DNA of 64,000 nt from positions 95,566,767 to 95,630,766 of the forward strand of contig NC_068987.1 of assembly GCF_001194135.2 (NCBI RefSeq), given 5' to 3'. Positions 36,037-47,904 of this stretch are shown one piece after another. Below the pieces are notes generated by a model. The model made no database searches and was not told where the DNA came from. It worked only from the letters and a program-made list of their open reading frames with translations. Positions within the stretch are counted from its first letter, which is position 1. Each line of letters begins with the position of its first letter. Both the position numbers and the translations under genes were made by a program. This DNA comes from Octopus bimaculoides (taxonomy: Eukaryota).

Positions 36037-37449
36037 GTAAGTAAAACAACAACCCATGTGCGGATTTACTTGCACCTTTTTGTGTCGTTGATTCAGTTGA
36101 CTGAATACTTGTGAGGTTAGTGTCTGGGTCATTGATTAATATTCATTTGTTCGTATGGAATAGTCTTTAACTGGGTTTCGGGCCCGCTTTACATCTCCGG
36201 CTTCTACACTCATCCTACCCTTCATCACTACTCTTTATCATTACTTAACTACCCACAGCAGAAATTATGTCTTCTCTCTCTTTCTTTCTCTCTCTCTCTC
36301 TCTCCCTCTCTCCCTTCCTCTCTCGTTCTCTTTCTCCCTCTTACTCACAGAAACCCGAAACACTAGCAGAAACCCAAAACACTAGATTTTCCATTCCTTA
36401 CAGCGATTGTACTTACTAAATTCAATTGAGTGTTCCCTTTTCACCAAATTATAGACGCGAAAGATATAAGCATAAATAAATTAAAAAATCTAAAAATTGG
36501 TTGGTTCTAACAATAATACCCACTACCTGAGTCATATAAACAATCTCTTAACATCCATGACTTCATGAATGCCGTGAACTAGTGATTGGTCCGTTATGAA
36601 AATGTAACAAACGACTCAATTATTTACCAAACGGTTCCTTCTTTCCTATCCCTTGACGTGGTCGCTGGAGCATTCGTTGATGCCGTTGCAACCAGATGTC
36701 GTCACTTCTCTCGGTCTTCTATTGCCCTCTCTGAATTGGTGAGATTGGGACCTGTCCACTCTTTTTATGTTAAACTAGGCGACGACCGATCTGGCATGGG
36801 TTCTGGTCTGGTTGTCATCATCATCAATGTACCATGAGCAAGTTAGCTTTGTGGCGCTCATTCCGCTCAAGCTGTTAGCCACAACCGTATGCCTCTACTC
36901 GAGGCACGCCTTGGCCCCGAATATGAAATCGTTGAACTAAGNNNNNNNNNNNNNNNNNNNNNNNNNNNNNNNNNNNNNNNNNNNNNNNNNNNNNNNNNNN
37001 NNNNNNNNNNNNNNNNNNNNNNNNNNNNNNNNNNNNNNNNNNNNNNNNNNNNNNNNNNNNNNNNNNNNNNNNNNNNNNNNNNNNNNNNNNNNNNNNNNNN
37101 NNNNNNNNNNNNNNNNNNNNNNNNNNNNNNNNNNNNNNNNNNNNNNNNNNNNNNNNNNNNNNNNNNNNNNNNNNNNNNNNNNNNNNNNNNNNNNNNNNNN
37201 NNNNNNNNNNNNNNNNNNNNNNNNNNNNNNNNNNNNNNNNNNNNNNNNNNNNNNNNNNNNNNNNNNNNNNNNNNNNNNNNNNNNNNNNNNNNNNNNNNNN
37301 NNNNNNNNNNNNNNNNNNNNNNNNNNNNNNNNNNNNNNNNNNNNNNNNNNNNNNNNNNNNNNNNNNNNNNNNNNNNNNNNNNNNNNNNNNNNNNNNNNNN
37401 NNNNNNNNNNNNNNNNNNNNNNNNNNNNNNNNNNNNNNNNNNNNNNNTT

Positions 37450-37531
<82 letters not shown>

Positions 37532-38050
37532 CCCCTCTCGCTCTCCCTGTTGAATATGAATGCAACCAACTAATTATTCTCTGCGAAGGTTTGCACTCAG
37601 CACAAGTGAATAAAACGTTTACCGATTATTTACCGATGGTACCACTTTATAGGTATGTGGCGTATAGGAATGAAATAGATACTATACACAGAGAACACTG
37701 TACCTTAACGGAAATGGAATCTGAATTGACAATTATTTGACAGACAACCTAGTATGCTGTATTCTATGACACCAATTTTGAAATAAAATGCAGACTGTCT
37801 CTTGTACACTCGCTCTGTCTACTAGAAACAGCAACTAAATCTCCCTAAAAATATACCTTACCATCTCAAAAGGAGGAGACATAGTATTCCAGAATTAAAT
37901 AAAAATGGAATGATCTGAGCTTGAACACATTTATTTGTTTACTCCAGCATGTTTCCCTACGTCTCGATTCTCCGCTAGCAAGCGCCAATATGTTCTGGTA
38001 TATTTTGGTTGCAACTTCCCAGCTCTTGCCTACTCTTTCTGTTTCTGTTA

Positions 38051-38220
38051 CGAGGTCGTATCAAAAAGTTTCAGGTCTAGTAATGTTTAATGAAATAATA
38101 ACTTATTTACCTAAGTTTAAACATCATTTCCTTAGAAATAGTTACCTTGTGCAGCAATACAACGGTCCCAACGTTCCTGCCACTTTTGAAATCCAGTCTA
38201 GAACTTTACTGGAAATAGTA
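38051..38220 (-). mobile_element. Mariner 3' end (TIR and transposase C-terminus)
   Basis: Minus strand GFQKWQERWDRCIAAQGNYF, then terminus tttttgatacgacctcgTA. Confidence 0.75.
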
Positions 38221-38887
38221 TTGGTGTGTGTGTGTGTGTGTGTGTGTGTGTGNNNNNNNNNNNNNNNNNNNNNNNNNNNNNNNNNNNNNNNNNNNNNNNN
38301 NNNNNNNNNNNNNNNNNNNNNNNNNNNNNNNNNNNNNNNNNNNNNNNNNNNNNNNNNNNNNNNNNNNNNNNNNNNNNNNNNNNNNNNNNNNNNNNNNNNN
38401 NNNNNNNNNNNNNNNNNNNNNNNNNNNNNNNNNNNNNNNNNNNNNNNNNNNNNNNNNNNNNNNNNNNNNNNNNNNNNNNNNNNNNNNNNNNNNNNNNNNN
38501 NNNNNNNNNNNNNNNNNNNNNNNNNNNNNNNNNNNNNNNNNNNNNNNNNNNNNNNNNNNNNNNNNNNNNNNNNNNNNNNNNNNNNNNNNNNNNNNNNNNN
38601 NNNNNNNNNNNNNNNNNNNNNNNNNNNNNNNNNNNNNNNNNNNNNNNNNNNNNNNNNNNNNNNNNNNNNNNNNNNNNNNNNNNNNNNNNNNNNNNNNNNN
38701 NNNNNNNNNNNNNNNNNNNNNNNNNNNNNNNNNNNNNNNNNNNNNNNNNNNNNNNNNNNNNNNNNNNNNNNNNNNNNNNNNNNNNNNNNNNNNNNNNNNN
38801 NNNNNNNNNNNNNNGTACGTACATACATATGTGTATATGTATCATGGTAATACAAATGTCATTTCTTTCGTACTTCTTATTTTTTAG

Positions 38888-39570
38888 ACACTTCAAAAGA
38901 ATGGAATCCAAGTTCAACTAATAGTGAAAAAATTTCAACATTTAAAAGTGCCTCATATTCCATAACTCCTTCCAGTATCCGTCCATCTTCATCCGTTTCT
39001 CCAGGCAAGCCTACTACGTCAAATGTAGAAAATAATTCTGGTAGATCAGAATTTATCTCAAAATTAAAAGAACCTGTTTCAAAGGTATCAGAAGGAGTAA
39101 CAGCACCAAAACTTGGTAAGCATACGCAAACAAGTGCACATGATGCATCTCGTGAAGCAAAAACAGCTACAACACCAACAGGAGTGAATGGTCGAATGCA
39201 TTCAAGGAAGTTCACTAAAATGAGTGACACCTCGAAACTTTCCCAGTCTTCAACATCTCCGAAAATGTCCATTGAAATAAAAACGATAGCAAGTGTAACA
39301 GGCAATGGACACGGTTCTAGTAACACAATTGGAGAAATTAATTCAGCACCTTCTCAAAGGGATTCTCTTAAAGAGAAAGCTAAAGAAAATTACACACCTC
39401 TAGCAATTGGCATTACAGTGGCTTTGTTGCTTGGAGTTTGTGTGATATTCTTCATTGTTTGGTTATGGGCATGGAATCAGGACAAAAAGCGAGCCGAGGC
39501 CGAAAATGAAGAAGAGACACATCCAATTACAAATGCAGCTTCCAATACCAGTCTTCAAAATGCTCTGTGA
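38888..39570 (+). CDS. SR-C-like receptor, last coding exon: Ser/Thr-rich stalk, transmembrane helix, cytoplasmic tail
   Basis: Acceptor cttattttttAG|, phase 1, open to TGA at 39568-39570. S/T/P-rich stalk (DTSKEWNPSSTNSEKIST...), hydrophobic LAIGITVALLLGVCVIFFIVWLWAW at 39400-39474, tail NQDKKRAEAENEEETHPITNAASNTSLQNAL. Confidence 0.9.
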
Positions 39571-39730
39571 TGTTTTTGCTTACTATGTTTTTCTGTGTGA
39601 AGAAAATATTGTAAAAACACTTCTGTTGATGCAGCAAAGCATAAATTCAGTTGGTGCAGCGGTTGCATGTGATCTTTCCTGCATGTGATCTTTCCTGCAT
39701 GTTCTCTCTCTATATGTTGTCATAAAGATA

Positions 39731-40625
39731 TTGGGCCATCCCATAAATAATGTGATTTTTTTCAATTGCATGGACTAAAAGTCAGAAGGGAACGAGATAA
39801 ACTATCTGCATCAACATGCTATAAAAGCAGGTAGTAATTTTACCTTCTCCTTATTCTTAGTGCAAGTTTAAAGAGTGCAGTTCGATTTTAACAGTTATTT
39901 TTTCAAGGCTGTAATGGAAGTTACAAAGGAGCATATTCGGCATATTTTGCTTTATGAATTCAATAAAAGCAACAACGCAGCGGAAAGTGCGAGGAATATT
40001 ATTGCAGTATATAGGGATCGGACAATAAGTGCAAGCCAGTGTCAACGGTGGTTCTAGAAATTCCGAGCCAGAAACTACAGCCTAGAAGACGAACCTCGCC
40101 TTGGAAGATCTGTAGAGATCGACGAGGACGTCCTGCAAATCCTGGTGGTACAAAATACCATTGTAACTGTTGAGGAACTAGCAGAGAAGCTTGGATTTAG
40201 TCATTCAACTATTCATTGATACCTGCGCTAGAATAAAAACGACCATCTTTGCTTTCAAGACAAAAGGTGTTCTTCCACATACGACAAGGATAACATTCCA
40301 AAGGCTAGAGTAGTTTGAGTGGGAAACGATTTCCATCTTCGCCGGACACTGCCCCATGTAATTATCATTTATTCCATAGTCTTCAAAGTCATTTGGACAG
40401 AAAAAAATATGAATTCTGTAGACGAGGTCAGAACAGTACTGGAGGAGTATTTTCCCTCACGGACAAGTGAACTTTGGAAGAGGGGCGTTGTAAGTCTACC
40501 AGATAGATGGAAGAGCATTGTAGAAAATGAAAGAGAGTATATTTTATATTAAAGAATAACTTCATCTTAATTTTGAAAAATAAAAGTAGTATAAAAAAAA
40601 CTGCATTATTTATGGGATGACCCAA
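39731..40625 (+). mobile_element. Internally deleted mariner (Mos1-like) with both TIRs
   Basis: TIRs ttgggccatcccataaataatg / cattatttatgggatgacccaa; left TA. MEVTKEHIRHILLYEFNK..AAESARNI..QCQRWF* from 39914; C-terminus LPDRWKSIVENEREYI. Contains stops and frameshifts. Confidence 0.92.
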
Positions 40626-41448
40626 CACTTATGTATCATGTCTGAAAATATGCGTATAAATTCTGTATGCGGAAGTACCGGTCATCTATAGATGAGTGTA
40701 TATAAACGTGGGTGGTTACAGGGACCAACTGTCATAACTTGATGTTATGTATATGATGTAAATAAATGCTATTGCATGCACTCAGATACATTTGTATAGA
40801 ACGTATGAGTGTATGTGGATGTTAGTGTATGTGCATGTATTAGTTGTATATCTGTGTATGTAAGGGTGAAAATTGAACTAGAAATTTATTGATGTAAATA
40901 AAGAATTATACAATAAAATGAAATAAAAATACATTTCAAATTTAACATAAAAATCAGTCTAGTAATTTTTATTGTTTTGATTTGTTTTTGCCTCTGTCTT
41001 CGTAATTGTGAGAATGAGCGCAATTTCTATCAAATGCAGCCAAGCATTTGTAAAGACCGAAGTTAAGATATGGATAGAGTGGAAAGACACTGAAGAACTA
41101 ATTTCCTCCCGCAGTAAATAACCAACTAAAATTAGGAGTAATCACTTTGAAGGCTCGACATGTCTATCAAACTAACGTTTGAAAATTTTCTATCAGATTC
41201 TGATTGTTATTTTGTGGATCTCCATTCTCAACATTCTCAGTATTTCTACCTGTAGACCCAGACTATATGACAGAGAGATTGGTGGTGATTTGCGTCGGCA
41301 ATTATTAGTCCACTGAACAGTTAATAGAAGATCACAGCTATTAGGCTTTTCTATGAACTCTTTCGTATTAAAAAAAGGATTGTCCTAAACCTTAACTGAC
41401 TAGTTATCTTTCTAGCGTTTAAATAAACTTCATCTAGAAGATAGATTT

Positions 41449-41805
41449 TACATTATTTACATTTGACGGATATTTGTCCTCATCTTGTTTGTTGTTAACA
41501 CAACGTTTCGGCTGATATACCCTCCAGCCTTCATCAGGTGTCTTGGGGAAATTTCGAACCTGGGTTCTCATTCCTAAGGTATTTTTCGATGTTATTATTA
41601 TCGTTATTATTCAGGTCACTGCCTGGAATTGNNNNNNNNNNTCGAACCTGGGTTCTCATTCCTAAGGTATTTTTCGATGTTATTATTATCGTTATTATTC
41701 AGGTCACTGCCTGGAATTGAACTCGGAATCTTGGGGTTAGTAGCCCGCGATCTTAACCACTACGCCATATTCCTGTGGGCATATCCGTCAAATGTAAATA
41801 ATGTA
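41449..41805 (-). mobile_element. tRNA-headed short element with hammerhead motif and 25-bp inverted terminal repeat
   Basis: Head TGGCGTAGTGG..GAGTTCAATTCC (41712-41768), (AAT)-rich linker, hammerhead 41497-41542; 41449-41473 is the exact reverse complement of 41781-41805. Confidence 0.75.
41497..41542 (-). ncRNA. Minimal type I hammerhead ribozyme motif
   Basis: Minus strand gacac CTGATGA a ggctg gagggtatat cagcc GAAA C GT T gtgtt. Confidence 0.65.
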
Positions 41806-42254
41806 CATAATTCGTCACCTCTTAAATACAGAACTGCACGATATATTTTGTTTCCAGATTGTTGGTTACTTCGTCTAGTTTTTGTCATACAATGTCTGAT
41901 ACATGTGTTACTACCTTTTATATTTTTGACGTTATAAAAATTTAGAAACGAGAAATAATTCTTTATATATTTATTTTTGAACTGTGGTATTCCAGGCAGA
42001 NNNNNNNNNNAAAGTAGCGACGGGCGAAATACCGCTAAGCATTTTGTCCGGCGTGCTAACGATTCTGCCAGCTCGCCGCCTTTTTAAGGCTATAAATAAT
42101 AACGTAAATATTGGGTTAAAAATCCCTCTAGATAGAAAAATCTGAAAGTTGCTCGTGAACCCACATCCCCTGCAAACATGACAAACATTCTCACATTGGA
42201 CCAAAGCATCCCTTTGAATTTCTTTATCCATTTTAGAAATTTTATTCTTACCAG

Positions 42255-42460
42255 CAAGAAAGGTAGCGAGCTGGCAGAATCGTTAGCACGCCGGGTATTT
42301 CTCTTCACTTTCTGAGTTCAAATTCTGCTGAGGTCGACTTTGCCTTTCATCTTTTCGGAGTCGATAAAATAAGTACCAGCTGAGTAATGGAGTCGATGTA
42401 ATCGACTATCCCCCTCCCCAAAATTTCAGGCCTTGTGCCTATAACAGAAAGGATTTTTAC
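42255..42460 (+). mobile_element. SINE group A, full length (an opposite-strand head lies at 41985-42085)
   Basis: agcgagctggcagaatcgttagcacgccgg ... ggccttgtgcctataacagaaagg. Confidence 0.88.
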
Positions 42461-42964
42461 CAGCGAGATTTGTTTGTTGTTGCTTTTATCCAGAGGTAGA
42501 AGTATGCAGAAGTTGTGGGTTTGAGTCCCACGGTTAGCCTTCGACTTACGGTATTATTTATATCTTTATCTGCTTCAAATTTCACCGTTCTAAAAAAAGA
42601 GTTATTTCACTTTCTTATTTGTTTTATGTTGAAGTGTTGGCATATTGCTCAATAGCCCAATCTGTTAATTCGATCACGTCTGTGAACTTTGCACTGACGT
42701 GGTCAATTGTCATCTAATACTAGAAAACAACGATAACAACGAAAATTCATGCACACTGAGAAAAAAATATGAAGCAAAGACGATCAATAGAATCAAAAAT
42801 GAAAATCGGTTTAAAAAAGAGAAGTGAAAAGAAAAATACAGAATACCACCACAAGTATTAACCACCAAAACAGGTAAGGAACTCACAAATATGTTCAGAA
42901 CTGAAGTAATTGGTAAGTGCCTGGAATTAACAAACGTCTGACGAATACTCATGAGTATATGGCA

Positions 42965-43225
42965 GGAGGTGGAGGCGCGTGGCCTAGTGGTTAGGGTGTC
43001 AGCACCATGATCGTAAGATTGTGGTTTCGATTCCTGGACCGGGCGGCGCGTTGTGTTCTTGAGCAAAACACTTCATTTCACGTTGTTCCAGTCCACTCAG
43101 CTGGCAAAAATGAGTAACGCTGCGATGGACTGGCGTCCCGTCCAGCTGGGGAACACATACGCCATTGAAACCGGGAAACCGGGCCCATGAGCCTGGCTAG
43201 GCTTTAAAAGGGCGCATTTATTTAT
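42965..43225 (+). mobile_element. SINE with group C head/CORE-like body and a third type of 3' tail; young-looking
   Basis: ggcgcgtggcctagtggttagggtg..ggtttcgattcc..gagcaaaacacttcatttcacgttgttccagtccactcagctgg then gcgatggactggcgtcccgtccag. Flanks atatggcagga repeat on both sides (possible TSD). Confidence 0.85.
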
Positions 43226-43479
43226 TTTATTTATATGGCAGGATCATTCAATAGTGTTAATTAGAATCAACATCCGACTAGTTGTCGGGTGGTAATGATA
43301 CCAGAGACCCAGAAAACTAAAGACCTATAAAAATCGTAATATCCGTAGTGTACAACAGGATGGTTACACATTGTGAGAGCAATACAGGGTGTTCATAAAT
43401 TATCTTTGAAACTTCCATAATGCATAGGTAATTTATGGACTTCTTGTACTTCATTACCAGAGGAGCAGAAACGTTGTCG

Positions 43480-44757
43480 GAAGTGAATGTATAACCGTAA
43501 AAAGCAGCTACAAGTGAACCAAGCGATCATGGAAGATAGGAAAATGGGTAGAGCAAAACAAAGTATGGCTACGATTAACTACCGGGAGACATTTGCTAGC
43601 ATCGTACAATCTTATGTAATGGAGACCCTCTACATAAATAAAGTAGCCCCAACATGTCAAAATTTGAAACAGTATCATTACAAAAATATCATTACAAAGC
43701 CAGCCAGGAGAATATAATCAAAACAGTCCTACATCAGTAAAAAATGTAGGCATTAAAAAAGATACATTAAGAAAGACTCGTTAAAAAAGGAGTCATTTAA
43801 AAAGAAGACTCATTATCCTCTCTAATCTTTTACTGAGTCCTGACTTGACAAAAAATCTATTGAATGAAACGACCCAAATGTACAGATGCTACGGACAAAT
43901 TATAAAGCTTACAGGGATGACTTTACAATAATTAAGAGGAATGATACTGCAGTCAAAAAAGAAAAAAAATTATTAAAAATTGTTCGTATATTCAACCAGG
44001 ATATAAAAATGAGTCTGGGATTAAAGAATATTCAAAACTACTGAAAGAAGAGGTAGAGGAAATTAACTGAAACTAGGAATATTAAATTAGACATATCCAT
44101 CGAAATCAGAGAATTAGTCCAGAACCACCCATACGGTTACCTTATAGTTGATAAAAATGAGAAAATATAACATATATTATCTCTGGCTGCCCAGTCCTGG
44201 CTAAGAAGGAATATATTCACAAACACGACAGAGCTGGGACCTATATACACTGGAAGCTATGCCAACACTATGGAATAACAACAGAAAAAAGATGGTATAA
44301 ACACACGCCAGAAAAGGTCACAGAAAACGAGAAAGCAACCATACTCTGGGATATGCCAATACACACAGGTAGAGAAATTAAGGCAAATAGACCAGATATA
44401 GTTGTCAAAGATCATGAAGAAAAAAAATGCTTTCTAATTGATGTATCAATACCAGCAGATGACAACGTTTCTCTAAAAGAAATGGAAAAACTTTCAAAAT
44501 NNNNNNNNNNNNNNNNNNNNNNNNNNNNNNNNNNNNNNNNNNNNNNNNNNNNNAAATACAACAAAAACACCAGGACTTACAAATATATATAACATACAGA
44601 AAATTGCACTACTGGGCACTGCACACATTCTACGCAAAACACTTTCAATACAGTAAACATAAGAGCACCACAGCAAACCACAGCACATACCCAAGGCGCA
44701 CAGAGCTGCGCTCGGTAGTGAAGTGAAAGCACGTTATAAAAATAAAACTACTGAACA
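43480..44757 (+). mobile_element. R4/Dong-like non-LTR retrotransposon: RT remnants, CCHC region, RLE endonuclease, 3' UTR
   Basis: SMATINYRETFASI (RT); DSLSSLIF; HIISGCPVLAKKEYIHKHDRAGTYIHWKLC..ILWDMPIHTGREIKANRPDIVVKDHEEKKCFLIDVSIP; ends tactgaacaataataat. Confidence 0.88.
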
Positions 44758-44766
44758 ATAATAATA

Positions 44767-44822
<56 letters not shown>

Positions 44823-44834
44823 AATAATAATAAT

Positions 44835-45350
44835 AAATGCCCTGGTGCAGTAACAGACAATGGCTCTCATGGCTTTTCATCTTAACTGACTGGAAGTCTT
44901 ATCATATACATTGTTTTGTCTTAGTATAACAGATGGGCTACAGCAAATATTCTGCTCAATACCACAGATTTGCTTGTCAGTTGTTTGACTTTGATCAGCT
45001 GAGCATGTTCCTTAGTGGTTGCCGACATATGCACCTCTGATTACAAGCAGAAGGAGTTGGGGAGCATCATAGCCATGTGTTGAAAGGAATTCTTTGGGAT
45101 TTGAATAATTCACCTCTGGAAACATGGGTGTTTCGTTCAACATCCTTAAGCAAACCTTATTTAGGGACCTTTTGAGCGGGATGGGCTACTCGACCGGATG
45201 AAAAATTCTAACTGAGCCCCACCTCCAAGGTCATGGATTGTTTATCTGGATATGAGATCACCATGTCGCGCAGTAGTCATGATGGGTATACTGGGCTTCG
45301 TATATTTTACCCCAGTGTCACTTTGATGGCATGCACTGCTCTCTCACTCA
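44835..45350. mobile_element. Unclassified retroposon-like insert between (TAA)n tracts
   Basis: Ends ..gatggcatgcactgctctctcactc(AAT)n; (GAT)n(AAT)n on the left. No ORF recognised. Confidence 0.45.
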
Positions 45351-45365
45351 ATAATAATAATAAAA

Positions 45366-45427
<62 letters not shown>

Positions 45428-47186
45428 TTGAAATACAAAAGATGTACAAGGCAAAGCAATGTACATGACAAGACTTCCAATCGTTCTTTCTGTTGCTGTT
45501 GCTGTTGTTATTAATGTTGGTGCTGCTAATGTTGTTTGTGTTTCCTTAGCTGCTACTGTTGTTGGGGCTGTGGTGTCGGCAGTAGTGGGAGTTTTCTCTC
45601 TGTTTCTTTTTTAATTGAAGACAAAAATGGCAGTGGCTATTCACCACACACGAGTAACATCCTGGCCTTCAGCCCTCAATTGCAACACACAGCTTCGTTA
45701 TACTGAGGCAGACATATACACTCTGGAATCTTTTTCATGTCTTCTGTTTTGACCTAGAGGAGGGTCTCCTCTGTGGTCCCAGGTCAAAACCCCCAATCCT
45801 TTCCTTTTACGCCGAAGAGGATGTCACTGTCTTCCAGAATAACACAGGCAAACACCCACCAAATGATTTATATAAACCCATATTTTTTCAGGGTTCTTTC
45901 TAACAGGATGTGTGTCACTGCTTCAGAGTCGCATTTTAGTATATATATATCGCCTTCTTTTAGGCAGTTGTTGCCAATACCTCAGCTAGAATGGCAACTT
46001 CTAACCTCCCCTACTCACCTTCACAATCTGTTTCGCCTGTATCATGTGTACCTCCTTGCTGTTTCGGAAGAGCGATAAGTATTATGCTCATTTCCCTGCC
46101 ATTCCAGCAAAAACTTTTCGGCTTGCGGAGTCACACTGATACCTTTGTGATTGTTATTCTTGTTGCTACTGCTGTTGCTGCTGTTGTTGTTGCTGTTTTT
46201 ATTGTTGTTGTCTCTTATATTGTTGTTGTTGCTGGTGGTAACTTTGTTACTTGATTTTTTGAAAAACGTCGTCATAACCATTACTGTTATTGTTGATTTG
46301 TTGTTATTCTCGAGAACCTTATAACAGCATGAGTTGATGTTCTCACTACCTCCTCGTTATATCTGATAGTGGGCAATTGTTATTACCAAAAGACTGAACA
46401 GACAAAAAAAAACAAACGAAAGCAGATGTATATTAAGAAAATTGTGCCATTTAGGAACAATTTCGGAGTTCCGCTTTTCCCCCAGGCACGTAGGGATCAA
46501 TTCCTTGTAGCTTTAACAACATAATAAAATTTGCATGACAAAACATGTCATTAAAATTCGTCGTTTTTAACATTCACTTCTTAGTATGTAAAAAGACACA
46601 TTTAAAATTCGTGCTAAATTGAATAAACTTAATCCGAACTCGTATGCTCACGTGCGAATTTGAAAGTTCGAAAAGACGCTTCTTCGCATTCCGACTAATT
46701 CGAATGCTCTCGACGGGCATTTTAATTTGAATGATATAAATGCTAACTAAATTCTTTGACCGAAATGCGAAACCGAATGCTCAAAAAAACGAATTTGAAT
46801 GACAAACTTTATGGCGCTAATATTTTTCGCGACTTTGACTGTCCCGATTATCAAATTGAATGACAAACGTACGAAAATGACTGCAAAAACCTATAATAAT
46901 AATAATAATAATAATGCTTGTTCGGGATGTGCTTAGTTTTGAAAAAAAAATGTTTATAACCAGCATGGTTAAAACGAACAAATGACATCTGTTCATTTCT
47001 GCTAACATATACATTTTCTCATTTGTTAGTTGTCAACTCTGACACACACACAAACACACACACACACAGTACACAATCATCTCGTTGTCATTACTGCTGC
47101 CACCAACATCATTGATTTTATATTATTAGTAATTTAATTTTATATTCATATCAATGTGTGTATGAGTTGTTGTGCATGTATGTATG

Positions 47187-47290
<104 letters not shown>

Positions 47291-47904
47291 ATGCATGTAT
47301 GCAATTCGTTTTTAACTGAACGACGTAAAAATTATAATATATGTGTGCGTGCATGTATGACCGTACACAATATATTTAACATGTTCGTATACACTCGGAC
47401 GTGAAAATACCATGTGTGTGTGTGTGTGAGTGTAAGTGCGCGCGCTCGTGCACGTATGTATGCATGTAGGTATTTATTTATGTTTGTATTTATTTATTTA
47501 CTTATTGAATGATACAGGTATAGAGACTTATATTCAGAACTTCAAGTTTCTGTGTCAACAATACGATAATAATCGCACTTCTTCAGCTGTCATAAGCCCG
47601 GTGCATGTGGTACCATCTATTACAAACATTAAAAAGCCATGCACTGCTGGCGGGGAGAAAAGAATCCCTTCTAGCCATTAGATCGTTCAAGGCAAACCAC
47701 TCTTTTCCGTTTGATTGCCGGGGCTTGGCGAAAACCCTACTATGTGTTGGTTAAAATAAATTATAGGTATAAATACAAACTAATAAAATGAAATATAAGA
47801 TATATACAAAAGCTACTATAGTAAATAAGTAAATAAATAAGTATATAAATAATAAATAGATGGCACAGCTTCTTAATATTTCATCTTTTCAGATGAAATA
47901 CTGG

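Noticed and set aside
38877-39326. 149-aa minus-strand ORF
   Set aside because: Antisense shadow of the real + strand stalk exon.
39553-39570. C-terminal QNAL as a PDZ ligand
   Set aside because: Position -2 is Asn; fits neither class I nor class II consensus.
41552-41719. Apparent tandem duplication of about 79 bp inside the hammerhead element
   Set aside because: Identical copies on either side of a 10-N gap; a typical contig-overlap artefact.
46600-46870. Cluster of ttcgaat/gcattc motifs as a MITE or heat-shock element array
   Set aside because: No clear TIR pair or TSD could be defined and the spacing is irregular.
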